Of a stretch of DNA of 64,000 bases, positions 39,331 to 51,751 are shown piece by piece. Both the position numbers and the translations under genes were made by a program. Source of the stretch: Felis catus. Its lineage: Eukaryota. The notes below the pieces were generated by a model. That model did no database searches. It worked only from the letters and a program-made list of their open reading frames with translations, and was not told the origin of the DNA. The number at the start of each line of letters is the position of its first letter. Within the stretch, counting starts at the first letter, position 1. The stretch covers positions 189,970,001 to 190,034,000 of the forward strand of contig NC_058368.1 of assembly GCF_018350175.1 (NCBI RefSeq), given 5' to 3'.

Positions 39331-42300
39331 AAGGGAGGGATGGACTGGAGGACTTTGGCAGCTGTCTTACTAGCTCCAGCACAGCGCATGGCAGGAAGTG
39401 AAGGAGATTAGAGGAAAACAGCAGAGAGCAGAGAGGCAGGGTGGAGTGTTCTGGGATTTTGCACCTCACACGCGGGCTGCTCCATCTGTTCTGGGTCAGC
39501 TAAGTCTGAGATTCTGCCAATAAGGGCATGGTCAGCAGTCCCCTGGCTTAATCAGGCTGATTCTTCCATCTTCCTAACCTCATTCATCTTGGGTGGCTGC
39601 CTGGCTCAGGAATATTTCCACATTGATTTGCCATCAAGTGCAGTTGTATCTTGATTCATGTTATTGAGCAGGTGAATAGACATAAAGCATGGCTGCTTTT
39701 TCGCCGTTCCCAATCTGCTTGGCCACTGGAGAGCTCTGCTCACTTGGCTGGGGGATGCTGAGGCCTTTGGTGTTTTCCCACTAACCAGTTCTGCCTCACA
39801 GACCTCACAGATAAGGCTGAATGGCTCAGGGAACTGCCTGCCTCCTCTTGGCAGCCTCTTGAGTCCCCTAGAAGCAGATGAGTAATCAAACGCATCACTG
39901 CCAAGAAAGGGATGGATAGGGACCTTCCCGTATCCAGAAGGATGGGAATGGCTGCTGAGCTTGGGTGGAAAGCAAGAATATAAATTATTCCAAATTTGGG
40001 CTTTGGACACTTGCAAAGGAGGGTGAATGGTGTTGGAAGTGTGGCAAATGTATGCCTTAAGCAGCATGCACAGTAATGGACTTCATCCACACCTTTCCTC
40101 TGTCTCCAGTATATATATGGTGGCCTTCGGGAAGCTAAACAGATGGGCAACTCAAACATTTTTGCTACTTTCCTCCTACAGTGAAACCACCCCAAGAATG
40201 GGTTCCTTTTGTCCCATTTTCCTGGAGCAGATTTGGCTGGCTATGTCCTCAGAAGGCATAGGCTCTGCATGACTGGGATTTCTCCTTGCATTGTCTTCCT
40301 TTCGTCCTGCAGGAAATGCCTTCAGAGGGTCTGTTCTTGACTGTCTCTCAGGAGCCTGCTTTAGCTTCCCATGACCCCAGCCTTCCAGCTCCAGTCTGAA
40401 TATTTGCTATTGCCACCTGAGCCTCATCTGTCCTATTTGGCCCCAAGTGAAGCATTTGGACCTTCAACTTCCTCTGGATAGTACAAGTGATGGGGGTGAT
40501 GTCATGGGTAAATGGGATCCCAGGAGTCATCCTTCCCTCATGTTTTGGAACCTGTGCAAGAGGTCATTGGAAGTTAGAGCAGAAAGACATCTTAGAAAAA
40601 CACTGAGTGCAACCGTCTTATGTGTGGTTGTAGAAACTTTGAATCAGAGAGGGTTAGGCACTTGTCTAAGGTCACACAGCAAGTAAATGAGAGAGGTGAA
40701 AGTAGGATCATTTGTGTTCTTGGCTTGGTTCTAGAGTCACAGAAATCCAGGTTCGGCTTACGAGCTGTGTAACCTGGGGCAAATTGTTGCCACTTTTGGA
40801 AACTCAGTGCCCTTATCTATAAAATGCAGAATGTGACGCTGACTAACTTCTTAGGGTGATTGTGAGGACTGAATGAGGTGGTGCTCGTGAAGTGCTTATA
40901 AAACACATGGTGATCAACCACTGTTGTGATTTTTATTGTCCCACACTGAGAGGTTCCAGAGGAGAGCCTGGCACACAGCTCTACTGTCTGCTACTCCAGG
41001 CAGCTCTTTGGTTTCCCAGTGAACAGCAGGGGTGGGGGCGGGGGGGTGCTGGATGTGGTTCCTGGCCTCCTTGAGTTGGCAGAAGGCAGGAGGCTTGACA
41101 AAAATGGAAGCAGCAGAGCCAAACAATATGACCTCACCAGGTATCCCTAGGGGACAGCTTCCTGCTATTTTCGTCCAAATTGGGTTTTTTGTTTTTGAAC
41201 ATGTGTTAGCAAGCGGAACTCTAACTGCACACGACTTCCTAGTGTGTTTATTTCCCAAAGCCTTCTCATTCATGGTGCTTGTGAATCTGGATTCAAAACA
41301 GCTGGGGGCGGGGGGAGGGGAGCTGGGGGAAGTGGGGGAATGATGCTTTTCTGATTTTTCAAATTGCTGTGTTAAAGTTTTTGTAATCCAGTGATATTTG
41401 AGGGGAGGCTAGGCCCTATGCCTGGTGACTTCTCAGTCTCTGGTTCTTCATATCCCCCACCGATTCATTCACTGTCATGCATCTATTATGTACCTGCAGC
41501 ATTGCAGCCACCAGTGTTGGTACTGGGGACATGGCTGGGTGAACAGAACAGTTCTGCCCTATGGAGCTTATATTCTAGTGGCAAGAACAGTACACAAGTA
41601 AACAAGTAAACTGTGGTATGTCCGATGACAAGTGCTATGGAGGAAACAAAGTTGGGGGAGGCAGGAGGGGTCAGGACGGAGGTGCTTTTCAGAATGGCGG
41701 TCAGAAAAGGCTTTGGTGGTGTTTTGATATTGGGGTGAAGACCTAAAGGAGGTGAGGAAGTGAGCCATGTGGACAACTAAGAGATGACAATTCCAAGGAG
41801 AAGCAACAGCCAAGTTTAAATCCTGATAGGTTATGAAGGCTTCCTCCATCCCCATACATTTCCCCACATATTGGATTCTGAGGCCTCCCAGGGCAAGGAC
41901 TGTGGGCAAGGGCTTCTGGGATTCTGAGGGAAGGGAGAGGACATTTCTAATTTATTTTTCATCATCCTGAGGTGTCTGGCCTTCTCCCATCAAGTCAAAG
42001 CCCATGTGCTAATGCATGGCCCAAAATAGCAGTGAGCAGGCCTTTAATGGAATTCACACATGGAGAGATTTCCAAGAATGGTGGGGATGGAGGAGCAGGG
42101 GGTGGGCCGGGAGAGTCGGGGTGTAGCAAACAGGCTTTCAGCTCAGACACTGAGAGTTGCCTTAGTTCAATAACGTCACAACTGGCAGCCTTTTCCTGCT
42201 GTGAAGCAGCTCAGGATAAATGGCTGTATGCCCATGGGAGACACACATCTTTCATAGAGTGCAAGTGAAAAGGAGTGACATTGTAGGGCTAACCACAATA

Positions 42301-45300
42301 TGGCTTTCATGTTCGACAGTTCTGGGTTCAGATCCTGGCTCTGCTACTTAACTAACTGTGTATTCTCTTTAAGTCTCAGTTTCCCTATCCAGGGTATAAT
42401 GATAGTGCTGTGCCATGAGCCATAGGGAGGATGAAATGAGATGGTATGTGTAAAGGGCCCAGCATTGTGCCTGGCTTATATTCCATACTCAGTAAATGGC
42501 AGCTACTATTATTTCTTGCTCATGGTTTTTTAATTGCAAAAGCAATACATGCTCATGGTAAAACATTTAGCAATACCAAAATATGGTAAGTTAAGGAACG
42601 AGAGCCTCACAGGCTCAAGGTGAATCCACTCTTTGGTGGGCCTACCCAGGACCTTTTCTGTGTGTGTGAGAACACACGCACAGATATGCATAAACACAGT
42701 TGCACAGAAGCACATATACCGGCTGCTATTTTTGTTGGGGAGGGAGGAGCAGAAATGAGATTATACTATATACATTGTTCCATGCTTGTTTATTTAGACT
42801 TAACTGTATGTCTGAAGTAGTACTCTACTCCAATAAAGTGTATATTATGTTCTTTTACATTAACTCACACATCTACACATGATTTGCAAATGTTGGTGCA
42901 TAGCTGTTATTAAGAGAATCTTACTTGCGATTGAGGCATAGCGGTCCGGTGGAGAGAGTACTGAGCTCAGAGACACATGATGTAGAGGTGAACAATAAGC
43001 CAATTGGCTCTCCTGGGCCTCAATTTTCTCATCTGTAAAATGGGGATTTTGTCCCCATTGGGCTCTAAGAGCTTTTTCCTTCACTACATATTTAAAGGAT
43101 GTGGTGTAAGTAGAAAAATGGAAAATAAGTCCCTTCCTTAGGGAGTTTGCTCTCCAGTTAAAGAAACATCCTTGAAAATAAGGCAGTGGGATAAAAGCAA
43201 GTGCCCCAAAACCACAGACCTTGAAGTAGAGTTTGAACTTCCAGCTCAGGACTCACCATTTAGGCAACATAAACAGGAAAAGGGAAACAACAGGGAAGAA
43301 ATTATAGGCTGTTATTTTCACAACCCAAAATTTTGAGTCATAAATCCGTAATAATTTTTCTGCATATAATTTCCCCCATTCCCTGAGGACTGCCTCATCA
43401 ACCCAGAAACTGTATTGGACAAAAATCTGTTTGCTGAAATCAAACGGACTCTTCCTTAGCTGTAAGCATCTAGGGAGATGAACACCTCCAGGACATGTAG
43501 GCTTTGGTTCACCCCCTTCTCCTTTCTGCACTTTTTCCCAAGAGGAGAGCCCACTGAACTGTTGAATCAGCTTGCAGGATGCTCGATGCTCATTGGGTTG
43601 CACCCAAGGGCAGGATCACTAGGTTACAAGGTCACCTTCAAAAGCACATGAGTAGCTCAACTAGTGGGCACTCTGCCCAGAGGACCTTTGGCCATGTACT
43701 TCTCCCTGCTGGTATCTTGAGCACATTCTGGAACTCTTAATTTCGTCGGTATACTGTCTTTCCTTGAGTCCAAATGATGATAAGATTTAGATTGTGGCTT
43801 GGGAAAGAGGTGACAACCTGGAAAATTAACATTCACTGCTAATGGAGTGATCTAGTGCCCTAGTTTTGTCCTTTTTCCCCTCAATTCTATTTGAATTATA
43901 TAATACTGGAGGGTTGGAGAAGGGGAGAATTAGCAATCAGGAAAGGAGTTTTTCAGTAAGAGACAGGCTGGATTAGTTAAGCACCTCTTAGTGCCACACT
44001 TCCCTTCCAAGGAGGCCTGGGAGAAATATATAGCTGATCCAGACCAAAACCCTGAATACACCCAGGCCACTGTGCTCTCTGCTCTCTCCACCTTCCCAGC
44101 TTCCTCTTGAGTTGAGAGTAGACTTTAACATCTTATCTAGGATAAAGGACAGCTCTGTCTGACCCTCTATTGTCAGGAGCTTCATTTGTTGTTGGCAAAC
44201 TTCAATTTCCCTGGATCAAAGACCAGCTTAAGAAAGGCTTAGATGCTATCCCAGTCCGCTTGGTAAACCATGCTTCACTGAGTTGCATTTAAATGAGTCA
44301 ACAGACATATGGATTACATTTCACTTAAAATACACATGGCTTAAGAAATTAGAGGATATCGTTCTTTAACCAAGTATTTGGCAGATCTAAAGTATTCAAA
44401 ATGTTTTTCCAAAGTCGGCATGCAGCTGGGCTCCCCATTCCCCACAGCTGAGACTGAATAACTGAAGGAAGCTGGTGCTGAGGAAATGGTTGAGTGGATG
44501 GGCGGGGACACCAGAATTTGATGAGAGCTGCCTGTAAGTGTCTGCAGTCTTCTTCAAATGTTTTCTGAAGTACCAGGAACTCCATTAACCCTGCTGCGTT
44601 GACTCTGAGGCAGCGGAGGCAGAAGCGGATACAAATTCCAAATATCACATTAGGCACCTTGCCCCAGAGACACCTGTGGTCCTGCTGGAGATGTAGTTTC
44701 CAGTTGTAGCTTTGTAGACGGAGATGGATTTCATCTACAATTCCCACGTTGCCCAGAACCCCTAGAGTTGCAGACCGAATGGATCGCCAGCCAATCTGAT
44801 GTGATCTTTTTGCAAGTCAAATTCTCACATAAGCAGCGTCTTTATTATTTCTAAATGATTGGGGACTTGATACCGCTTTCTTAGGGTCCGTTGCATAAAT
44901 TCAGTTTCAGTAATTAGGAGAGCTGATCTGAAGGGAGGTAGCTATACAGTTGCCAGAAGAGAGTATCGGGGAGCATCTGGAATTGAAATAACCTAGAAGT
45001 GTTGATTTTGAAGGCCGCGAGTGAGCCCATACACCCAGAACATCATAATCCATAGAGTAGAACAGACTCAGGCTTTGGTGCACAGAGACCCACATTCAGT
45101 TCCAGGCACTGACACTTCCCGGTTAGGTGGCCTTTAGCAAGTCACCTGCCTTCTGAATATTTTCTTTATCTATATTCATAATAATACTCAGTCCTTGGTG
45201 AGCATGTGCTGAGAGCCAGTCACTGTGCAGAGACACTTCACACACTGTTCTATTTAATCCTCATGGCAACCCTTTGAAGGAGGTATTATTGTTATTCATA

Positions 45301-45448
45301 TTTTATGAATAAGGAAACTCAAGTGTAAGGATGTTTAAGTAATTTACCCAATGTCAGGCAGAGCCAGGAGCCAAACTCAGAACCATCTGCCTCTTACTAT
45401 ATTCTACCACATGCATAGAAAATAGATATTAATACCTTCATTGCAGGG

Positions 45449-46000
45449 TGAGGTAAATTGAAAATTGCTCCCCACCCCAACATATTCACATTCTAATCCT
45501 GGGAACATGAGACTATGTTACTTTATATGGCAAAAAAAGAGTCTTTGTAAATGCGAATAAATTAAAGATCTTGAGAAGGGGAGATTATCCTGGATTATCT
45601 AGGTGGCCCTCAGTGAAATCACAAATACATTTATAAGAGGGAGGCAGAGGGAGACTTGATCGTAGACAGGAGAAGGCAGTGTATAACCATGGAGGTAGAG
45701 ACTGGAGTAACGTGGCCACAAGCCATGGAATGCAGGCAGCCACTGGAAGCTTGATGGGGCAAGGAATGGAGTCTCCCAGGGGGAGTGCAGGCCTGTTGTC
45801 ACCTTGATTTTGGCTCAGTGGTCCTGTTGGAGATGTTGTTTCCAACTGTAGCTTTGTAGACTGAGATGGATTTCATCTACAGTTCCCATGTAAGACGGAT
45901 TTCATTCTTCTGGCCTCCAAAATCAGGAAAGAAAAATTTCCTGTAATGTTTAAAGCCACCAAGTTTATGGTAATATACAGCAACCACAGGAAATGAATAC
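45449..46000 (+). mobile_element. MaLR solo LTR (MLT1D-like) carrying a ~70-bp foreign insert
   Basis: GATCTTGAGAAGGGGAGATTATCCTGGATTATCTAGGTGG and TTTAAAGCCACCAAGTTTATGGTAAT motifs. Confidence 0.85.
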
Positions 46001-48830
46001 CCAGGGCTCATGAGTTTAGTGGTAATGTATTAGGAGGTGCTCAGTACAGTGCCTAGCACATAACAAGCAGGTTTCAATACACACTAACTTTCATTAATGC
46101 AAAATCAAGAACAAATGTTTTCTAAAGTGCCTTGGTAATGAATAACATTGCACATGGCCCCTGTGACTGTCTTCATGCATGAAGCGACAAGAGAAAAACA
46201 TATTGAGAAATAGTGTTGTGTGGTTATCACTTATCAGCATTTCCTAAGTTCCAGGTCATGTACTCTGATGCTCAGTCTGCCTTCAGGTAACTTCTGGCTG
46301 AGGAATGATGGTCAGATATTAATAATGGTGTCAACAACCATGGTAATTATAGCTGTTACCATGTAAAAGATGCTTACATAGCAGGCACTGTTCAGAGGTC
46401 TCTATGTGGTTCATCTAAGTGAATCCTCACAACAACTCTGAGGTGTAGGTACCTGTATTAGCCTTATTTGGCAGATGGAGACCTTGAGACACGGAACAGT
46501 GTGACTTGCTCAAGGTCACCTGGGTTGGAAGGGCAGAGCCAGGATGTGAAGCTAGATCTGTTTGATTTCAAAGCCCAGGCTCTTAGCCATGGCCTTGTAT
46601 TGCTTCTCAGATGCCTTGCCCTTGCTCGATATGTTCTATCTCAGTTAGAACTGGCATTACTTCCCCATTCTACCTTCCCTCTTCCCTTTCCTTCTGTCTG
46701 TCCTAGGCCTTGATTAGGATCTGGGTTTCAGTGTATGGTATGGATTTAGAGCTTGGCTCTTTGCACCCACTGATGATGTAAGCTTGTTGAGTCTCAGTTT
46801 TCTCATCCACTTAATGGGGCTAATAATAGTGGCCACCTCGCTGGATGTTGTGTGAGTTCAATAACGTAATGCTCTTAGAGGATGTGCACAAGGCCTGGTG
46901 CACCATGAAAGTGTAATAAATAGTCGCTATTATTTGTAATTCTCAGGGTCGGAAAAACAGTTAAGAATGAAGTAAGAGGGAATTCCCCTGGGTTGGTTTC
47001 CAAATGTAATTTGGAGGAGTTGACCTTAGAACCCATTGCCCCTGAGAGGAAATTCACTTCTGCTCTCCAGGCATGCCCAGTTTGACCTAACTGTATCTCA
47101 AGAATACAGCTTTGCAGGGTTCTCTAGCCAGCCAAACTGTACCTCTTTTCTGTGCCTGCACAATCAGTGCCCAGCCACTCCCTTGGCAAAACCCTGAACT
47201 GTCCGATATGGAGGTCAGGATTTGTTTGCCGGTTCCGGCTCTATCTCCTTCCAGGGATCCACAGCCAGGGCTGCCTGTGTAGCCAGGAAGGATGTCCATG
47301 GTTTTCTTTTGTCTCAAGCTTATTTCTCCTGGCGGCCCTTCAGCAGGAGCACGGGGTAAAATGAATGGGAGGAAGCTGTCAGCTGCCCTGTTGGCCTTAG
47401 ATGGACCCTTGTCAGAGCAAAGGGAAGTACTGCACTTGGAGGAAGTCAGGAGTTGATTCTTGAGTTTAAGGATCCCTTTACCATCAGGCTGTTTACCTTA
47501 AGGTCACAACGATAGCCGGCATCCAGCGTGTGCACATTGATGCTGAACTTAGTATCTTACATAGATTTTTTTAAAGCCCTTTGTAAATCTCCATGTAAAT
47601 TTACCCAAATAGGGTTATACTACATCCTCAGTTTTATAAATTTTTTTCAGTTGGAAATATAGCATGGACAATCATCAAATCATTAAAAAAATTTACACAA
47701 GAAAGTTTTGGAGTGTTTGAAAACTTTGATAATAAAATTCTAGAAAAAAATTACACAAGAAATAGAGTTTCAAAATAAATGAGATCATACTGTATATATT
47801 ATTCTGTAATTTGCTTTTTTATTATTTATCTTCAGTATCTTTTCATATTAGCATATTTATAGGTCTGTCTCATTCTTTTTAATGGTGACATAGGATTCCA
47901 CTAAATGGATAGATCAAAATTAGTATCCTTATTAATGGACAGTTAGGTTTCCAATTCTTGCTATTTCAAGTAATGCTGCAGTAATTAGCATACACATTAT
48001 CTTTAAGAACACTTGCTGACATTTCTGTAGGATTGATACCTACAGGTAGAGTTGCAAGGTCATTTAGCATATACGTTTAAAATGGTTTGGATTTTGATCA
48101 GTTGTACCTCTCACTCTACAGCTTCTACCCCCGAAGGCTGTACCTTTTTATAGTCATGCAGCAGAATATGAGAGCATATTATAGACACATTTCCATGTAA
48201 ATTTATCAGATGATTTTTTATCAGGTAACTTTTAATGGCTATGTGATATTAAATTGTATATATATGGCGTAATTGTAAATTTCTTATAATGAAAAGTTAT
48301 CAAATGCTTACGAAGTAGAATAATATAATGAATCCCCATATGCCCATCGTCCAGATTCAATAATGATAAAGATGCCACGATTAACTTAATTACCCCATAT
48401 GGATAGGCATTCATGCTGTTTCTTCTTTTTTTTCATTTTTACAAACAGTGCTGAAGTGAACGCCCCTGTATTCTTTGGAGGGTACTTCTAGAAGATCACC
48501 TTCTAGGTTTCAATCACTGGATCAGGGGACTTTATGTGGAACACGTGGATAAACGCACATTGCCTTTGACTTCCCTCTAAGTTACATCCTACAGCCCTTG
48601 TGGAGCCAACTTTTCACACACTGTCACCAATGGGTCGAGTTTTGAGCTTGGGCACACTCTTCAAACCCAACTCTCCTTCCATTTTTTAAAAAAAGCTTTA
48701 TTGATAAATAACTCATAAACCATATAGTTTATCTATTTAAAATATACAACTGAATGTTTTTTAGAGTTGTATAACCCCACATGTCCTAGCTTTTGAACAA
48801 TTCATCACTCCAAAAAGAAGCCATTAGCAG

Positions 48831-49238
48831 TGTTACGGGTTGAATGTGTCCCCGAAATTCACATGTTGAAGTCCTAGCAGGACCTCAGAACAACCTTATT
48901 TGGAAATACAGTCATTGTGGATTTAATCAGTTAAAATGAAATCATACTGGGATAATCCAATATGACTGGTGTCCTTATAAAAAGGGGAAATTTGGCCACA
49001 GGCATGCACACAGGGAGAACGCTGTGTGAAGATTGAGGTCATGGACTAACCAAGGAACTACCAGAAGCTGGGAGAGAGGCCTGGAGCAGATCCTTCCCTA
49101 AAACTTTCAGAGGAAGCATAGCTCAGCCAACCCCTTGATCTTAGACTTCTAGCCTCCAGAACTGTGAGATAATAAATTTGTTTTTTAAGCCATTCAGTTT
49201 GTGGTACTTTGTGAAGGCAGCGCTCGCACACTGATGTG
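48831..49238 (+). mobile_element. MaLR solo LTR (MLT1B-like), nested in an antisense L1M fragment (~48690-49545)
   Basis: Starts TGTTACGGGTTGAATGTGTCCCC; AATAAA near the end; 5-bp TSD agcag/agcag. Confidence 0.85.
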
Positions 49239-49566
49239 AGCAGGAGCTCCTTTTTCCCCACCCCCCTCAGCAATAGGCAACCACTACTCTGCTCTCTGTC
49301 TCTATAGTTTTCCGCTTTTGAGATATTTCATGTAAAGGAGATTATACAACATGTGTTGTTTTGGTGTTTTTGTTTTTTGCTTTTTTTTTTTTTTTTGTGA
49401 CTGGCCTTTTTCACTTAGCATAATATCTGTGAGTTTGATCCATGTTGAATAGCATGTATCAGTAGTTTATTCCTTTTTATTCCTATATAGTAGTCCATTG
49501 TATGGATATACCACATTTTGTTTATTCATTCATCAGCTGATGGATATCCTGCTTTTAAAAAAAGTG

Positions 49567-49780
49567 TTTTTTTAATGTTTATTTATTTTAGAGAGAGAGA
49601 CAGAGACAGAATGCAAGCAGGGGAGGAGCAGAGAGAGAGAGGGAGACACAGAATCCAAAGCAGGCTCCCGGCTCCAAGCTGTGAACACGGAGCCTGATAC
49701 GGGACTTAAACTCATGAACTGTGAGATCATGACCAGAGCCGAAGTCGGATGCTTAACCGACTGAGCCACCCAAGCGCCCC
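49567..49780 (-). mobile_element. CAN-SINE (SINEC_Fc type) in intron 3
   Basis: TSD ggatatcctgcttttaa/ggatctcttgcattttaa. Confidence 0.92.
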
Positions 49781-50120
49781 GGATCTCTTGCATTTTAAGC
49801 CAGAGCTAACTTGTCTCCATTCCACAAGGTTGATTTCAGCAAATGTTATAGAGCATGTATGTGTAAAATACTATGCAAGTGCTGTAGGGAAGAGATGCAA
49901 ACACAGTGGCCTTGCCCTCTGGCAGTTTACTGTCTGTGGGAGAGAAAACATGCAAAGAGCATACATAATTCAAAGTAGATTACAAACTTAATAAGGTTGC
50001 AAGTACAGTGCTGAGGAAGCAGGTGGGAATAGAGACTTGCTGACTGGGGCACAGAGAAAACTTCCCTAAGGACGGTTACTTGGAGCTCTGTCTTGCAGGA
50101 GCAAGGAGAAAAGGCTGTGG

Positions 50121-50553
50121 GTTGTTGTTGTTGTTGTTTTTTTATTGAAGTATAATTGACAGACAATATCCTATTGATTTCAGGGGTACATGATTTGATA
50201 TTTTTATACATTATGAAATGATCCCCATGATAAGTTTAGTTACCATCTGTCACCATGCAAAGTTATGTTGATATTGTTGACTATATTCCCTATGCTGTAC
50301 CTTACATCCCCATGACTTATTTATTTTGTAACTGGAAGTTTGTACCTCTTAATCCCCTTCACTTATTTCATGCCCCCCGCCCCACTCTGTCCCTCCTCCA
50401 ATAACGAATAATTTGTTTCTTATATCTATGAGTCTTATCCTGTTTATTCGTTTGTTTTGGTTTTTAGATTCCACGTATAAGTGAGATCACACAGTGTTTA
50501 TCTTTCTCTGTCCGATTTATTTCATTTAGCATTATGCTTTCTGGGTCCATCCA
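50121..50553 (-). mobile_element. 5'-truncated L1 3' end (L1_Carn/L1MA-like)
   Basis: TTTATTGAAGTATAATTGAC...TTTTAGATTCCACGTATAAGTGAGATCAC; (CAA)n tail; TSD aaggagaaaaggctgtgg/aaggaggggaggctttgg. Confidence 0.85.
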
Positions 50554-51640
50554 AAGGAGGGGAGGCTTTGGATGAGGGAGGGAGGAGAGGTGTGTGGAAA
50601 AATGAGAAAGGAATTCAGACTGAAATTAATATATAAATATTTGGTCTGGATCAAGGAGCACCAGAGCTGTAGTGCTAAAAATCTCTTAGGAATTCAGTAT
50701 TCCAACTAGCCAGATCATTTTGACTCAGAAGGGTATTATGTGGGGACTAGGGAAAGGGTTTATTTTCCTTCCACAGCTTGCTACCCCAGGATTTCAGTGC
50801 CCTAAAGCTCAATTTTTTATTCTCTCTCTTTTTAATTTTATTGTTATTATTAATTTTTTTTTTACTTTGAGTTGGGCTCTCTTCCCTCAGGTAAAACCAT
50901 GTGGTCAGGGAGGTAGATGGGGTACCTCTAGGAAAGATCCTTGAGGTACACTCCAAAGCTAGGCTGCATTTTTTTTTTTTAACACATCGGATGAGAAGAA
51001 GCTCTTGCCCCACCCCTCCCCATTGAAGGGAACTTTGGTCTGAGTCTAGTGGATCAAAGTGTACCTGGTGGAGGGAGCCATAGACTGATTGCAAGAGGCT
51101 GAGCATAAGGCAGAGGGTGGCTTCTTCACAATTTAGGGAGGCAAGGAAAGCCTCCTGAGAAGGAGGGCATGCTGGGTGGGATGCAGAAGGGTATGTGGAT
51201 ATACTTTTGGACTTGGGAGATGTGTGGAAGTGCCACCTTCAGGACCTCTGTTTTCTCCCTAGCTTCTAGGATTTGTCGAGGCTCTTCATCTAGACTCCCT
51301 AGAAGGTGGAGGATGTTTCCACTCCACAGCCTTTGTGTTTGTGCCCTGTTGCATGACTAGCTCAGGAAAAATCTAAGGGAGGAGGAGGTCAATACTAGAG
51401 CCTCTGGACTGGTTGGTTCTGTTCTGAGAATGAAACTGCGTTTACATTTCACCCAGGAAATATTTTGATTTTAAGAAAATGAGCTTACTCTTTCTCTATG
51501 TAGAATTTAGTGCCATACACAGACCTTTAGCTGACACCTTGAATACTAAATAAATAGGCTCTTGGGCACCCTGGAGCACATCATAGATCTTGTTCAAACT
51601 TAGCTGGAGGTGGACATTGGGTCAGAGAATCCCTGGCTTT

Positions 51641-51751
51641 TTTTTTCTTTTTTCTTTTTTTTAAGTAGGCTCTATGCCCAGCTTGGGGCTTGAACACATG
51701 ACCCTGAGATCAAGAGTCACATGTTCTACTGACTGAGCCAGCCAGGCACCC
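51641..51751 (-). mobile_element. Short old-type CAN-SINE
   Basis: TSD gaatccctggcttt/gaatctctggcttt; SINE head and T tract, no (CT)n. Confidence 0.88.
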
